Assembly (NCBI RefSeq): GCF_963921235.1
Contig: NC_086108.1
Location: forward strand, 17,918,001 to 17,982,000
Reading direction: 5' to 3'
DNA: 64,000 bases
From: Mobula hypostoma
Taxonomy: Eukaryota
Below, piece after piece: positions 11,079 through 22,900 of the stretch (positions are counted from its first letter, which is position 1; each line of letters begins with the position of its first letter). The position numbers and the translations under genes were made by a program. The notes under the pieces are model-generated. The model did no database searches and was not told the origin of the DNA. It saw only the letters and a program-made list of their open reading frames with translations.

Positions 11079-14000
11079 ATGGTTAACATGAGTGCAGCTG
11101 ATGGAGGCCACCCTGTTAGGTTTATTTCTTGGAATGTAAAGGGGCTTAATGGTCCGGTTAAAAGAGCTAAAGTTTTCTCACATCTGAAACAATTAAAAGC
11201 TGATATACTATTTCTACAAGAGACACATTTAAGAGTGGAGGACCATAATAGACTTCGTAAAGCATGGATTAGTCAGGTTTTTCATTCCAGATTTAATAGT
11301 AGGTCCAGGGGGGTGGCAATATTAATCACCAAAAGAATGCAGTTCACACCATCTGATGTAATCAGTGACCCTAATGGTCGCTTTATTATAGTCTCTGGCT
11401 CTCTCTTTCAGATACCTGTTATTTTGGTAAATGTTTATGCTCCTAATTGGGACGATGTCCAATTTGCAAATAGGGTTTTGTCATTAATACCTAACCTGAA
11501 TACACATAAGCTAATCTTTTCCGGAGATTTGAACTGTGCTATTGACCCACTGCTTGATAGGTCTTGCCCTAGGGGAACATTTTCTGGTATGGCAAAGGCC
11601 TTCTCGATGTTTATGCAACAAAATGGCTATATGGATCCTTGGAGATTTTTGAATCCATCAGTTAGGCAATTCTCTTTCTTCTCTCATGTTCACCACTCCT
11701 ATTCCAGGCTATACTATTTCTTTATAGATAATTCCTTGATACCTATGATTAGACAAATTGAATACACTGCTATAGTTATATCTGATCACTCGCCCGTGAA
11801 ACTGGACCTATGTTTTCCTTTAAACGTTAGAGAACGGCCTCTGTGGAGACTTAACCCCCTTTTGCTTTCTAATGAGAAATTTTGTAGTTATATATCGGCT
11901 AACATTGACACATTCTTCGAGACTAACAAAACTGAGTCGGTATCGTACTCTTTACTTTGGGAAACTTTAAAAGCTTACTTGAGGGGTCAAATAATATCTT
12001 ATACTTCACATGCCAATAAAGAGCGTAGGAAGGAAATGCAAGTGTTATTGAAATCTATTTGGGACCTGGATAGAAAATACTCTGAGGCACCCACTGCGGA
12101 ATTATATAAAAGCCGGGTTGATTTGCAAGCGAAGTTTAATCTCCTATCTACAAACCTATCAGAACAATTAATTCTTAAGACACGTGGCCTCTATTATGAA
12201 TATGGTGACAAGGCGAGCCGGCTTATGGCTCATCAGTTGAAACGTCAAGCTGCATCACGACTTATTCCTCAGGTAAGAGACATGCACCAGAACTTGACAA
12301 GCAATCCAAAAGAGATTAATAACATCTTTGCAACTTTTTATTCCTCTCTGTATGCCTCAGAGTTCCCCTCAGATAAAACAAATATGGAACGTTTTTTAGA
12401 TAATTTGGAAATACCAACTCTTGAACCAGAGGAAGTGGAGAACCTAGATCGGGCTCTTGGGCAGGAAGAGATTAATAATGCCATTATGGCTATGCAGAGT
12501 GGTAAGTCCCCAGGTCCTGATGGTTATCCAATAGAATTTTATAAGAAATTTAAGGATAAGCTCACACCGGTCCTTCTAGAAGTGTTTCAGGAATCTTTGG
12601 AGAATGGCTCCTTACCCCCTTCTCTTTCACAGGCAGCTATTTCACTACTTCTTAAAAAGGACAAGGACCTGACCCAATGTGGATCATATCGCCCCATTTC
12701 ACTTTTGAATGTAGATGTGAAAATTTTGGCTAAAGTGCTTGCATGTCGTTTAGAACATCCCCTTCCCAAGATAATTTCAGATGATCAAACAGGTTTTATT
12801 AAAAATCGCTATTCTTTTTTTAATATCCGTCGACTGGCTGATGTGGTTTATTCACTGAGTGATTCTCCAAGTCCAGAGGTTGTTATCGCCTTGGACGCAG
12901 AGAAGGCATTTGATAGAGTGGAATGGGTATATTTATTTAGTGTTTTGGAGAAATTTGGATTTGGCAGAATATTTATAGCTTGGGTTAAGCTATTATACCA
13001 CTCGCCTTCAGCGTGTATACAGACAAATTATTTTCGATCTGGCTATTTCCCATTAAAACGTGGCACTCGCCAAGGCTGCCCACTGTCCCCTCTTCTTTTT
13101 GCAATTGCAATTGAGCCTCTTTCTATTGCAATTAAGTCAACTACATTATTTCAAGGTGTTATAAGAGGGGACATGGAACACCGTGTTTCCCTATATGCTG
13201 ATGACCTCTTACTTTATGTTAGCGACCCTATAGGTAGTAGTCCTGCTATTGTGTCATTATTAGGTCAATTTGGAGCCTTCTCTGGCTATAAACTGAACTT
13301 TCAAAAAAGCAAATGCTTTCCCATTAATAACTTGGCCCTACAGATCCGACAGGAATCCTTGCCCTTTCCTTTATCTCAAGATGGTTTTGTATACCTAGGA
13401 ATACATATTACTCGCTCTTTTACATCTCTGTTTGAAGCTAACTACAGGCCTCAGGTTAGCCAAATGAAGGCTGATTTCGAGAGATGGCGCAGTTTACCCC
13501 TTACTATAGCTGGGAGAATTCAGTCAGTGAAAATGACTATACTTCCTAGATTTCTCTATTTGTTTCAGTGTTTGCCAGTTTTCTTATCTAAGTTATTTTT
13601 TAAATCAGTTGATCAAGCTATAACCTCCTTTATTTGGGAAAATAAGGTCCCAAGGGTTAATAAGTGCATTCTTCAAAGAGGTCGTGACATAGGTGGAATG
13701 GGTCTTCCCAGCTTTATTCATTATTACTGGGCATCGAACATTCAAAAAGTATTATTTTGGCTTCACCGGCCAGATATAATCTGGTGCCTGCTTGAGTCAC
13801 GATCTTGCCACTCCTCGTCTCTCCCAGCTTTGGTGTATTCTTCCTTACCATTGAAATCCTCTCAATTCACATCTAACCCGGTCGTGCTCTCTACCCTCAA
13901 AATTTTTAATCAATTTCGCTGCCACTATAAGTTCCTATCAGCTTCAGTTTTGGGCCCCATTCATAAAAACCATTTATTTCCTCCCTCCACATTCGATTCA

Positions 14001-14882
14001 GCTTTTAGACAATGGGGTTTGAATGGTCTTATGCGCATTAAGGATTTGTATACTGATAACATATTTGATAGTTTTGATAACCTGCGCGGTAAGTATGGCC
14101 TTCCGCATAATCATTTTTTTAAATACCTGCAGATTCGCCACTTTGCCAAGGAAAAATTTCCCTCTTTTCCTGTTCTACCACCTGCTATGTTATGGGAAAA
14201 ATTCACTCTTAGCTTTAACAATAAGGGGCTGATTTCTGAACTATACTCTCAGCTGATGTCTTTGGGAGTTCAAGATCTAAACAAAACTAAGAGTAGGTGG
14301 GAGGACGACCTCGGTATGGACCTTGCGGAAGAATATTGGGCAAAAGTATTGAATAGGGTTCATTTCTCATCATCATGTGCTAGACTGGGGCTCATACAAT
14401 TCAAAGTTTTACACAGGGTACATTTAAGTAAAGCCAGACTGGCAGACATATACCCTGGGACAGACGCTGGCTGTGACAGGTGTTCCTTCTCTCCGGCTGG
14501 TTTAATACATGCATTTTGGTCATGCCCTCGGCTTGATGACTATTGGGCACTGGTTTTTAAAATTATCAGTGAGGTTTTGGGGGTGACACTGAGACCTTGC
14601 CCACTTATAGCTGTATTTGGTGTGGCAGATGATGATTTGGGTTTAAATGCAAGCCAGTCGGATATCATTGCATTTACATCGCTATTGGCCCGTAGGAAAA
14701 TTGTGCTGGTTTGGAAATCGGCCACTCCCCCAACTGCTGCTGCTTGGTTAGAAGATGTAATGTTTTTTCTGAAATTAGAAAAGATTAAATTCACTTTGAG
14801 GGGGTCTGTGAAAAAGTTCTATTCAAAATGGGGACCTTTCTTATCATATTTTGGGAGTCTTAAGGAATTACCTACTAGTTGA
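11079..14882 (+). CDS. L1 ORF2p (APE endonuclease, RT, C-terminal CCHC), about 1267 aa from the first ATG
   Basis: SWNVKGLN, LQETH, NVYAPN, GDLN, SDHSPV; QGCPLSP, YADD; CDRC..H..C. Open frame begins at 10947, first in-frame ATG at 11079. Confidence 0.95.
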   Translation: MVNMSAADGGHPVRFISWNVKGLNGPVKRAKVFSHLKQLKADILFLQETHLRVEDHNRLRKAWISQVFHSRFNSRSRGVAILITKRMQFTPSDVISDPNGRFIIVSGSLFQIPVILVNVYAPNWDDVQFANRVLSLIPNLNTHKLIFSGDLNCAIDPLLDRSCPRGTFSGMAKAFSMFMQQNGYMDPWRFLNPSVRQFSFFSHVHHSYSRLYYFFIDNSLIPMIRQIEYTAIVISDHSPVKLDLCFPLNVRERPLWRLNPLLLSNEKFCSYISANIDTFFETNKTESVSYSLLWETLKAYLRGQIISYTSHANKERRKEMQVLLKSIWDLDRKYSEAPTAELYKSRVDLQAKFNLLSTNLSEQLILKTRGLYYEYGDKASRLMAHQLKRQAASRLIPQVRDMHQNLTSNPKEINNIFATFYSSLYASEFPSDKTNMERFLDNLEIPTLEPEEVENLDRALGQEEINNAIMAMQSGKSPGPDGYPIEFYKKFKDKLTPVLLEVFQESLENGSLPPSLSQAAISLLLKKDKDLTQCGSYRPISLLNVDVKILAKVLACRLEHPLPKIISDDQTGFIKNRYSFFNIRRLADVVYSLSDSPSPEVVIALDAEKAFDRVEWVYLFSVLEKFGFGRIFIAWVKLLYHSPSACIQTNYFRSGYFPLKRGTRQGCPLSPLLFAIAIEPLSIAIKSTTLFQGVIRGDMEHRVSLYADDLLLYVSDPIGSSPAIVSLLGQFGAFSGYKLNFQKSKCFPINNLALQIRQESLPFPLSQDGFVYLGIHITRSFTSLFEANYRPQVSQMKADFERWRSLPLTIAGRIQSVKMTILPRFLYLFQCLPVFLSKLFFKSVDQAITSFIWENKVPRVNKCILQRGRDIGGMGLPSFIHYYWASNIQKVLFWLHRPDIIWCLLESRSCHSSSLPALVYSSLPLKSSQFTSNPVVLSTLKIFNQFRCHYKFLSASVLGPIHKNHLFPPSTFDSAFRQWGLNGLMRIKDLYTDNIFDSFDNLRGKYGLPHNHFFKYLQIRHFAKEKFPSFPVLPPAMLWEKFTLSFNNKGLISELYSQLMSLGVQDLNKTKSRWEDDLGMDLAEEYWAKVLNRVHFSSSCARLGLIQFKVLHRVHLSKARLADIYPGTDAGCDRCSFSPAGLIHAFWSCPRLDDYWALVFKIISEVLGVTLRPCPLIAVFGVADDDLGLNASQSDIIAFTSLLARRKIVLVWKSATPPTAAAWLEDVMFFLKLEKIKFTLRGSVKKFYSKWGPFLSYFGSLKELPTS

Positions 14883-15110
14883 GGGCATTTGATTGTACTT
14901 AGGAAGTTGCCTCCCATTTAACACACTTATAATTTACCTCACAGGGTGGTTGATGAATTGTAAATATGAGTGTATTTTGGATCATCTGACATGTTGCAGA
15001 TGTGTATGAGCTGTCGTATTGAAGTAGTGTGGGGGTACGGTTGTGAAATGTCCATACTTGTATTTGTGAATTGTTGTGTTGTAGATATATTAGCTGCCAT
15101 GATATGTTCA

Positions 15111-15139
15111 GGGAGGGTGGGTGGGGGGTGGGGGGGAGG
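15111..15139 (+). other. G-rich tract in L1 3' UTR, potential G-quadruplex
   Basis: gggagggtgggtggggggtgggggggagg has at least 4 runs of 3 or more G. Confidence 0.7.
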
Positions 15140-17136
15140 TTTGTTTTGGGGGTACGATACTAAAGCAAAATGGAGGAAAATGTAATCCATTATATATTCT
15201 GTATTGTGTCATTCCTTCAATAAAAATAAATATATTTTAAAAAAAAATGCACAAAATAGTTACATGAGCAAGAACAATTCAAAATGCCAACATTCTGTTC
15301 AATTTCTAAATCTTTGATATCAAACCAAAGCAAATTCCTTTTTAATTAGAATCAGTGAGATTCTTTTATTACTCTAATCTTTCTACCTCATTAGATCTAG
15401 TGTTATTCTCTATTTAAAATTTTACAAACTAAACTTTCCTTTTTACTTACCCCAGTTAGTTAAAAAAACAAATATTCTCAAGTATTATAGTTAACTTCAG
15501 TTTCAGTTCCAGTCAGCATATGTACAAGTTTAAATTCAAATTCAAAAATTATATATACTCATTATATACTCCTTTTATGACAATTCTCCAACAGCACAAC
15601 ACTTAAACAAAGTAAATCTCATTCAGTTACTTAGCAAAGTCTTTGCAAAAATAATTCGTTTTTGCAGAAAATCAAATTCAGATTCTTCGAATGAAAATAA
15701 CTTATACATCCAATAGTATTAAATCCTCTGCTTCATTACACATTTCGTTCCCGCGCTGGTTCTTCATCTTGGGTGGCTATCTCTATCGTCTCTCCTCCAG
15801 GGGTTTCACCCTGAGGTTTTCAAGTTAGTAGGATAAAGATACTCACTAGTAATTCCACTTTTAACAGTTCATGTTTTCAGATTCTAATCGTTGCAGTGTT
15901 TCTCTCCTTGTCTGACCTGCATAGCTATGCCCTCGCATAGCGTTTTTTTTCAAATTCTCTTTTTTTAAAATTGGTAAACCTCATTTTCATCCCTCCACAG
16001 GTGGAACTTTCTAACATTACATCTTTGGGTTTAATTAAGCTGGGTTACAAGAAGGTAATGTAGAAGGACAGGTGGAGAACCATGGAGGAGATAGTTGAGG
16101 TCAGGAAGGGCGAGTCAGTAAAAATGAGTATTGAGAAGCTGATTTGAGAGCAACAAACAGTCTGCTGGAAGAACTCCATGAGTTGAGAGCATCTGTGGAA
16201 GGAAAGGCATGGTTGACGTTTTTCGTTGAAACCCTGCAGCGGGACAATGAGGGGTTGGTCAGGACTAGGTGAGGAAAGGAGTCCAAGTTTGTGGAGAGTG
16301 AAGGATGAGAATGACTTTCTGAATGAGAAGGTCACTCTCCATTTTCAAATCCTCTGTAGTTTGTAATTAGCTCGATGGAAGGCACACTGATCATCTTGTT
16401 CTTCCTTAGTATTTTTCACCCTTTTTCATTCCCACCCTCCCTGTTGCAGCGACCATTGTCAGCACTGAGTAGAAAGTAGCTCACACAGAACAAGCCCAGG
16501 CTCTCTTGAAGACAACTGTGTGTCTGTGTGATTTCTGGGAAACTTCAAGCATTGTTGGTCAGAGAGAAATCATTTTTATCTATCCCTCCCACAGTATGGA
16601 AGACATCTATCGAGCACTTCAAACATTTCAGCAGGGGTTAACCATCACAATTTTTAACATTGTTGTGAGCTCTATGCTATTGGAACTTTGTACAAGTACA
16701 TAAAACACACAGTCTAATTGAATGGGATTCAAGGCTTTCAGTTTCCTTGCCAAACATCTTATTATTTCAAGCAGAAAGCATTCAATGAGAACTGCCCAAT
16801 TAATCCTGAAGAAAGAAAGTTGTACTTTTGCCTAAAATTCTCTGAAATGGGATTTTACTAATGGAATCTCATTAGATTATTCAAATAATCTGGGTGGGGA
16901 ATTGGTTGGACTTCCCAAGTGGATCCCTCACATCCTAGAAACCATAGAAACCATAGAAAAAGTACAGCACAGAAACAGGCCTTTTGGCCCTTCTTGGCTG
17001 TGCCGAACCATTTTCTGCCTAGTCCTACTGACCTGCACACGGACCGTATCCCTCCATACAACTCCCATCCATGTATCTGTCCAATTTATTCTGAAATGTT
17101 AAAAAAGAACCCGCATTTACCACCTCATCTGGCAGC

Positions 17137-19219
17137 TCATTCCATACTCCCACCACTCTGTGTGTGAAGAAGCCCCCCCCTAATGTTCCCTTTAAACTTT
17201 TCCCCCCTCACCCTCAACCCATGTCCTCTGGTTTTTTTCTCCCCTTGCCTCAGTGGAAAAAGCCTGCTTGCATTCACTCTATCTATACCCATCATAATTT
17301 TATATACCTCTATCAAATCTCCCCTCATTCTTCTACGCTCCAGGGAATAAAGTCCTAACCTATTCAGCCTTTCTCTGTAACTGAGTTTCTCAAGTCCCGG
17401 CAACATCCTTGTAAACCTTCTCTGCACTCTTTCAACCTTATTTATATCCTTCCTGTAATTTGGTGACCAAAACTGAACACAATACTCTAGATTTGGCCTC
17501 ACCAATGCCTTATACAACTGTAGATTCTGTCTCTTAGTACTCCCTCCAATAACTTACCAACTACCGACGTTAAACTTACCAGCCTATAATTTCCCGGGTT
17601 ACTTTTCGATCCTTTTTTAAACAACGGAACAACATGAGCCACTCTCCAATCCTCTGGCACGTCGCCCATAGACAGCGACATTTTAAATATTTCTGCCAGG
17701 GCCCCCGCAATTTCAACACTAGTCTCCTTCAAGGTCCGAGGGAACACCCTGTCAGGTCCTGGGGATTTATCCACTTTAATTTTCCTCAAGACAGCAAGCA
17801 CCTCCTCCTTTTCAATCTGTACAGTTTCCATGATCTCACTACTTGATTCCCTTAATTCCATAGACTTCATGCCAGTTTCCTTAGTAAATACAGATGCAAA
17901 AAACCTATTTAAGATCTCCCCCATTTCCTTTGGTTCCGCACATAGCTGACCACTCTGATCTTCAAGAGGACCAATTTTATCCCTTACAATCCTTTTGCTC
18001 TTAATATACCTGTAAAAGCTCTGTGGATTATCCTTCACTTTGACTGCCAAGACAACCTCATGTCTTCTTTTAGCCCTCCTGATTTCTTTCTTAAGTATTT
18101 TCTTGCACTTCTTATACTCCTCAAGCACCTGATTTACTCCCTGTTTCCTATACATTTCATACAACTCCCTCTTCTTCTTTATCAGAGTTGCAATATTCCT
18201 TGAGAACCAAGGTTCCTTATTCCTATTCACTTTGCCTTTAATCCTGACAGGAACATACAAACTCTGCATTCTCAAAATTTCTCCTTTGAAGTCTTCCCGC
18301 CTACTTGAAGGCTTCCCACCTACCAATCACATCTTTGCCAGAGAACAACCTGTCCCAATCCACGCTTTTTAGATCCTTTCTCATTTCTTCAAATTTGGCC
18401 TTCTTCCAGTTCAGAAACTCAGCCCTAGGACCAGATCTATCCTTGTCCATGATCAAGTTGAAACTAATGGTGTTATGATCACTGGAACCAAAGTGCCCCC
18501 CTACACAGACTTCCGTCACTTGTCCTAACTCGTTTCCTAACAGGAGATCCAATATTGCATCCCCTCTAGTTGGTCCCTCTATATATTGATTTAGAAAACT
18601 TTCCTGAACACATTTTACAAACTCTAAACCATCTAGACCCCTAACAGTATGGGAGTCCCAATCAATATATGGAAAATTAAAATCCCCTACCACCACAACT
18701 TTATGTTTCCTGCAGTTGCCTGCTATCTCTCTGCAGATTTGCACTTCCAAGTTTCGTTGACTATTGGGTGGTCTGTAATACCATCCCACTAATGTGGCCA
18801 TACCTTTCCTGTTTCTCAGCTCCACCCATAAGGACTCAACAGACAAGCCCTCTAATCTGTCCTGCCTGATATGCTGTAATATTTTTCCTAACAAGCAATG
18901 CTACTCCCCCACCTTTCATTCCTCTGCCTTGATAACATCTGAAACATCGGAACCCTGGAATATTAAGCTGCCAGTCCTGCCCCTCCTGTAGCCAAGTTTC
19001 ACTAATTGCTATAACGTCATAATTCCACGTGTCAATCCACACCCTCAACTCATCCGCCTTCCCCGTAATACTCCTAGCATTGAAATATATACACCTCAGA
19101 AGATTTTTACCACCACTCACAACCTTTCTATTAGCGGATTTGCTTGAACTTTTAACATCATTTATTTTCACCCCAGCCCCACTGTCAGCTCTGGCACTCT
19201 GGTTCCCATCCCCCTGCAA
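17137..19219 (-). pseudogene. Disrupted CR1 ORF2 (APE endonuclease plus partial RT)
   Basis: YFNARSI, ISETWL, YYRPPN, VGDFN, SSDH, KSPGPD. Frameshifts present, and about 733 bp including the FADD motif are missing at 17518/17519 relative to the neighbouring copy. Confidence 0.9.
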
Positions 19220-19221
19220 AT

Positions 19222-20176
19222 CTAGTTTAAAGCCTCCCCAACAGCACTAACAAACCTCCCTGAAAGCATATTGGTCCCCCTGTAGTTCAAGTGTAACCCG
19301 TCTCTCTTGTACAGGTCCCACCTGCCCCAGAAGAGGTCCCAATGATCCTGAAATCTGAAACCCTGCCCCCTACACCCGTTCCTCAGCCATTTGTTCATCC
19401 TCCAGAGCATCCTATTCCTACCCTCACTGGCACGTAGCACAGGTAGCAATCCTGAGATTACCACCCTTGAGGTCCTGCTTTTCAACTTCCTACCAAGCTC
19501 TCTATACTCACTCTCCAGGACCTCCTCACTCTTCCTTGCAATGTCACTGGTACCAATGTGCACCACGACATTTGGCTGGTCACCCTCCCACTTCAGAATG
19601 TCATGCAAGTGATCAGAGACATCCTTGACCCTGGCACCCAGGAGGCAACAAACCATCCTGGATTCTCTGTCACGACCACAGAACCTCCTATCTGCACCTC
19701 TAACTATCGAGTCCCCTATCACTACCGCTCTCCTCTTTTTCCACCCTCCCTTCTGCACTGCAGAGCCAGACTCAGTGCCCGAGATCTGGCTACTGCAGCT
19801 TGTCCCAGGTAAGTCATCCCCCCCAACAGTATCCAATGCAGTATACTTGTTGTTGAGGGGAATGGCCACAGGGGAACCCTGCTCTACCTGCCCTTTCCTC
19901 TTCCCTCGCCTGACAGTGACCCAATTTCCTGTCCTCTGCACCTCTGGCGTAACTACCTCCCTGTAGCTACTATCTATCATTCTCCCGAATGATCCGCAGC
20001 TCATCCAGCTCCTGCTCCAGTTCCCTAACGCAGTTTGTCAGGAGCTGCAGCTGGATGCACTTCCTGCAGGTGTCGTTGTCAGGGACACCAGAGGGCTCCC
20101 TGACTTCCCACATCCTGCAAGAGGAGCATTCCAACATCCTGCCTGGCATTCTCTCTACTCTAAAGAATCTGAACAA
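19222..20176 (-). pseudogene. CR1 ORF1 (Cys-rich finger plus SGNH esterase), frameshifted near 19980
   Basis: CSSC...CRKC; VVIGDSIVRG, HIGTSD, DGLHLN. Confidence 0.88.
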
Positions 20177-20292
20177 AAAACTTACCGGAACCTACCCTGG
20201 CCTCTGCCTGTTCTCGCCGAAGCCTGTTGAGCCAAAGCCATCCCACTCTGACTCAGTCCACTCCGACGATGGCCGCTGTATATGGTGTTCTG

Positions 20293-20574
20293 CTTTTTAA
20301 ACCTTGGTGTGCTACATCACGTGCCTGCGCAGTGCAGACCCTTCTCCCCGAGCAGTGTTTAAAAAAACCTGACTTTTTCTACCCGATTTCTTCACTCCCT
20401 TCTTCTCAGCTGCTTGCTTCAACTGAAACAAGAACCATTGAAAATTTCTCTTTTTAAACCTTGGCGCGCTGTGTCACGCGCCTGCGCAGTGCAGACCCTT
20501 CTCCCCAAGCAGTGTTTAAAAAAAACAACTTTTTCTACCCGATTTCTGTACTCCCTTCTTCTCAGCTGCTTGCT
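20293..20574 (-). repeat. Two ~125-bp monomers (period 157) in the CR1 5' UTR
   Basis: 20293-20418 and 20450-20574 align closely. Confidence 0.9.
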
Positions 20575-20607
20575 TTGTTTTCATTTCATTATGCCATCAG
20601 AGAAATG

Positions 20608-22148
20608 ATAGAAACCATAGAAACCATAGAAAAAGTACAACACAGAAACAGGCCTTTTGGCCCTTCTTGGCTGTGCCGAACCATTTTCTGCCTAGTCCCA
20701 CTGACCTGCACACGGACCATATCCCTCCATACACCTCCCATCCATGTATCTGTCCAATTTATTCTTAAGTGTTAAAAAAGAAACTGCATTTACCACCTCG
20801 TCTGGCAGCTCATTCCACATTCCCACCACTCTCTGTGTGAAGAAGCCCCACCTAATGTTCCCTTTAAACTTTTCCCCCTTCACCCTTAACCCACATCCTC
20901 TGGTTTTTTCCTCTCCTTGCCTCAGTGGAAAAAGCCTGCTTGCATTCACTCTATCTATACCCATCATAATTTTATATACCTCTATCAAATCTCCCCTCAT
21001 TCTTCTACGCTCCAGGGAATAAAGTCCTAACCTATTCAACCTTTCTCTGTAACTGAGTTTCTCAAGTCCCAGCAACATCCTTGTAAACCTTCTCTGCACT
21101 CTTTCAACTTTATTTATACTCTTCCTGTAATTTGGTGACCAAAACTGTACACAATACTCCAGATTCGGCCTCACCAATGCCTTATACAACCTCATCATAA
21201 CATTCCAGCTCTTATACTGAATACTTTGATTAATAAAGGCCAATGTACCAAAAGCTCTCTTTACGACCCTATCTACCTGTGATGCCACTTTTAGGGAATT
21301 TTGTATCTGTATTCCCAGATCCCTCTGTTCCACTGCACTCCTCAGTGCCTTACCATTAACCCTGTATGTTCGATCTTGGTTTGTCCTTCCAATGTGCAAT
21401 ACCTCACACTTGTCTGTATTAAATTCCATCTGCCATTTTTCCAGCTGGTCCAAGTCCCTCTGCAGGCTCCGAAAACCTTCCTCACTGAGTACTACACCTC
21501 CAATCTTTGTATCATCAGCAAATTTGCTGATCCAATTTACCACATTATCATCCAGATCATTGATATAGATGACAAATAACAATGGACCAAGCACTGATCC
21601 CTGTGGCACACCACTAGTCACAGGCCTCCACTCGGAGAAGCAATTCTCTACTACCACTCTTTGGCTTCTTCCATTAAGCCAACGTCTAATCCAATTTACC
21701 ACCTCTCCATGTATACCTAGTGACTGAATTTTCCTAACTAACCTCCCATGTGGGACCTTGTCAAAGGCCTTACTGAAGTCCATGTAGACAATATCCACTG
21801 CCTTCCCTTCATCCACTTTCCTGGTAACCTCCTCGAAAAACTCCAATAGATTGGTCAAACATGACCTATCACGCACAAAGCCATGTTGACTCTCCCTAAT
21901 AAGTCCCTGTCTATCCAAATGCTTGTAGATTCTGTCTCTTAGTACTCCCTCCAATAACTTACCAACTACTGATGTTAAACTTACCGGCCTATAATTTCCC
22001 GGGTTACTTTTCGATCCTTTTTTAAACCACGGAACAACATGAGCCACTCTCCAATCCTCCGGCACCTCACCTGTAGACAGCGACATTTTAAATATTTCTG
22101 CCAGGGCCCATGCAATTTCAACACTAGTCTCCTTCAAGGTCCGAGGGA
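20608..22148 (-). mobile_element. 5'-truncated CR1 of the same family; RT frame open (20692-22137)
   Basis: Same tail and 3' UTR as the 16936 copy; YMDFSKAFD, GVPQGSVLGP, KFADD. Confidence 0.95.
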
Positions 22149-22384
22149 TCTAAATGGGGTTAGAGGATACAATTTGATATTTACAGTGCTGGTGGAATGA
22201 ATTGTGATGGTCTCACCGTGACTGAATATTATGGGAGATACATATGCCATCAATGCAGTGGGCCAAAACACGATAAAATAATTCTGAACCAACAGCTCAA
22301 CTCCTTTACTTGCACTTTCAGTTGCAAGTTGAGTCGTTGTTTAGGAAGACGGATGCAATTTTACCATTCATTTCAAGATGATTA

Positions 22385-22900
22385 GAATATAAGAGGAAGG
22401 ATGCAATGCTGAGGCTTTATAAGGCAGATGGCACTTGGATTATTGTGAGGAATTTTGGGCCCTTTTCCTAAGAAAGGACGCATTGGCACTGGAGGGGGTC
22501 CAGAGCAGGTTCACGAGAATGAAAGGTATGAGGTAAGTTAACATTTGATGGCTCTGGGCCTGAAGGGATCTCATTCAAACCTATCGAATATTGCAAGGCC
22601 TGGATGGAATGGACGTGGAGAGGATGTTTCCTATAGTGGGGGTGTCTAGGACCAGAGGACAGAGACTCGAAATACAAGGACATCCCTTTAGAACAGAGGT
22701 GAGGAGGAATTTCTTTAGCCAGAAAGTGGTGATGAAGCAGAGGTTGATAGGTTCTTGATTAATCAGAGCGTCAAAGGTTACAGGGAGAAGGCAGGAGTTG
22801 GATTTGAGAGGAATAAGAATTCTGTCATGCTGGAAAGATGGAGCAAACTTGACGGACCGAATTGCCCAATTCTGCTTCTATGTCTTAAGATATTATGGTC
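22385..22900 (+). mobile_element. Decayed CR1 3' fragment
   Basis: gaggctttataaggca, gaggaggaatttctttagccaga and other CR1 3' signatures. Confidence 0.7.

Larger units (their letters stand above)
9411..15238 (+). mobile_element. Full-length L1-clade LINE
   Basis: G-start GGGACTTCCGG; ORF1 and ORF2; AATAAA at 15219 and 15225; TSD AAAAAAAAATGCAC at 9397-9410 and 15239-15252, at a TTTT/AAAA site. Confidence 0.96.
9239..16049. mobile_element. Candidate ~970-bp solo LTR (9239-9410 plus 15253-16049) split by the L1
   Basis: Inverted termini TGTAAC (9239) and GTTACA (16049); flanks AGAG/AGAA match 3 of 4; non-coding AT-rich interior. Confidence 0.45.
16936..20574 (-). mobile_element. CR1 LINE retaining 5' UTR and ORF1, with internal RT deletion
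   Basis: (TTTCTATGG)n tail at 16936; ORF2 pieces; ORF1 pieces; tandem 5' monomers. Confidence 0.93.
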
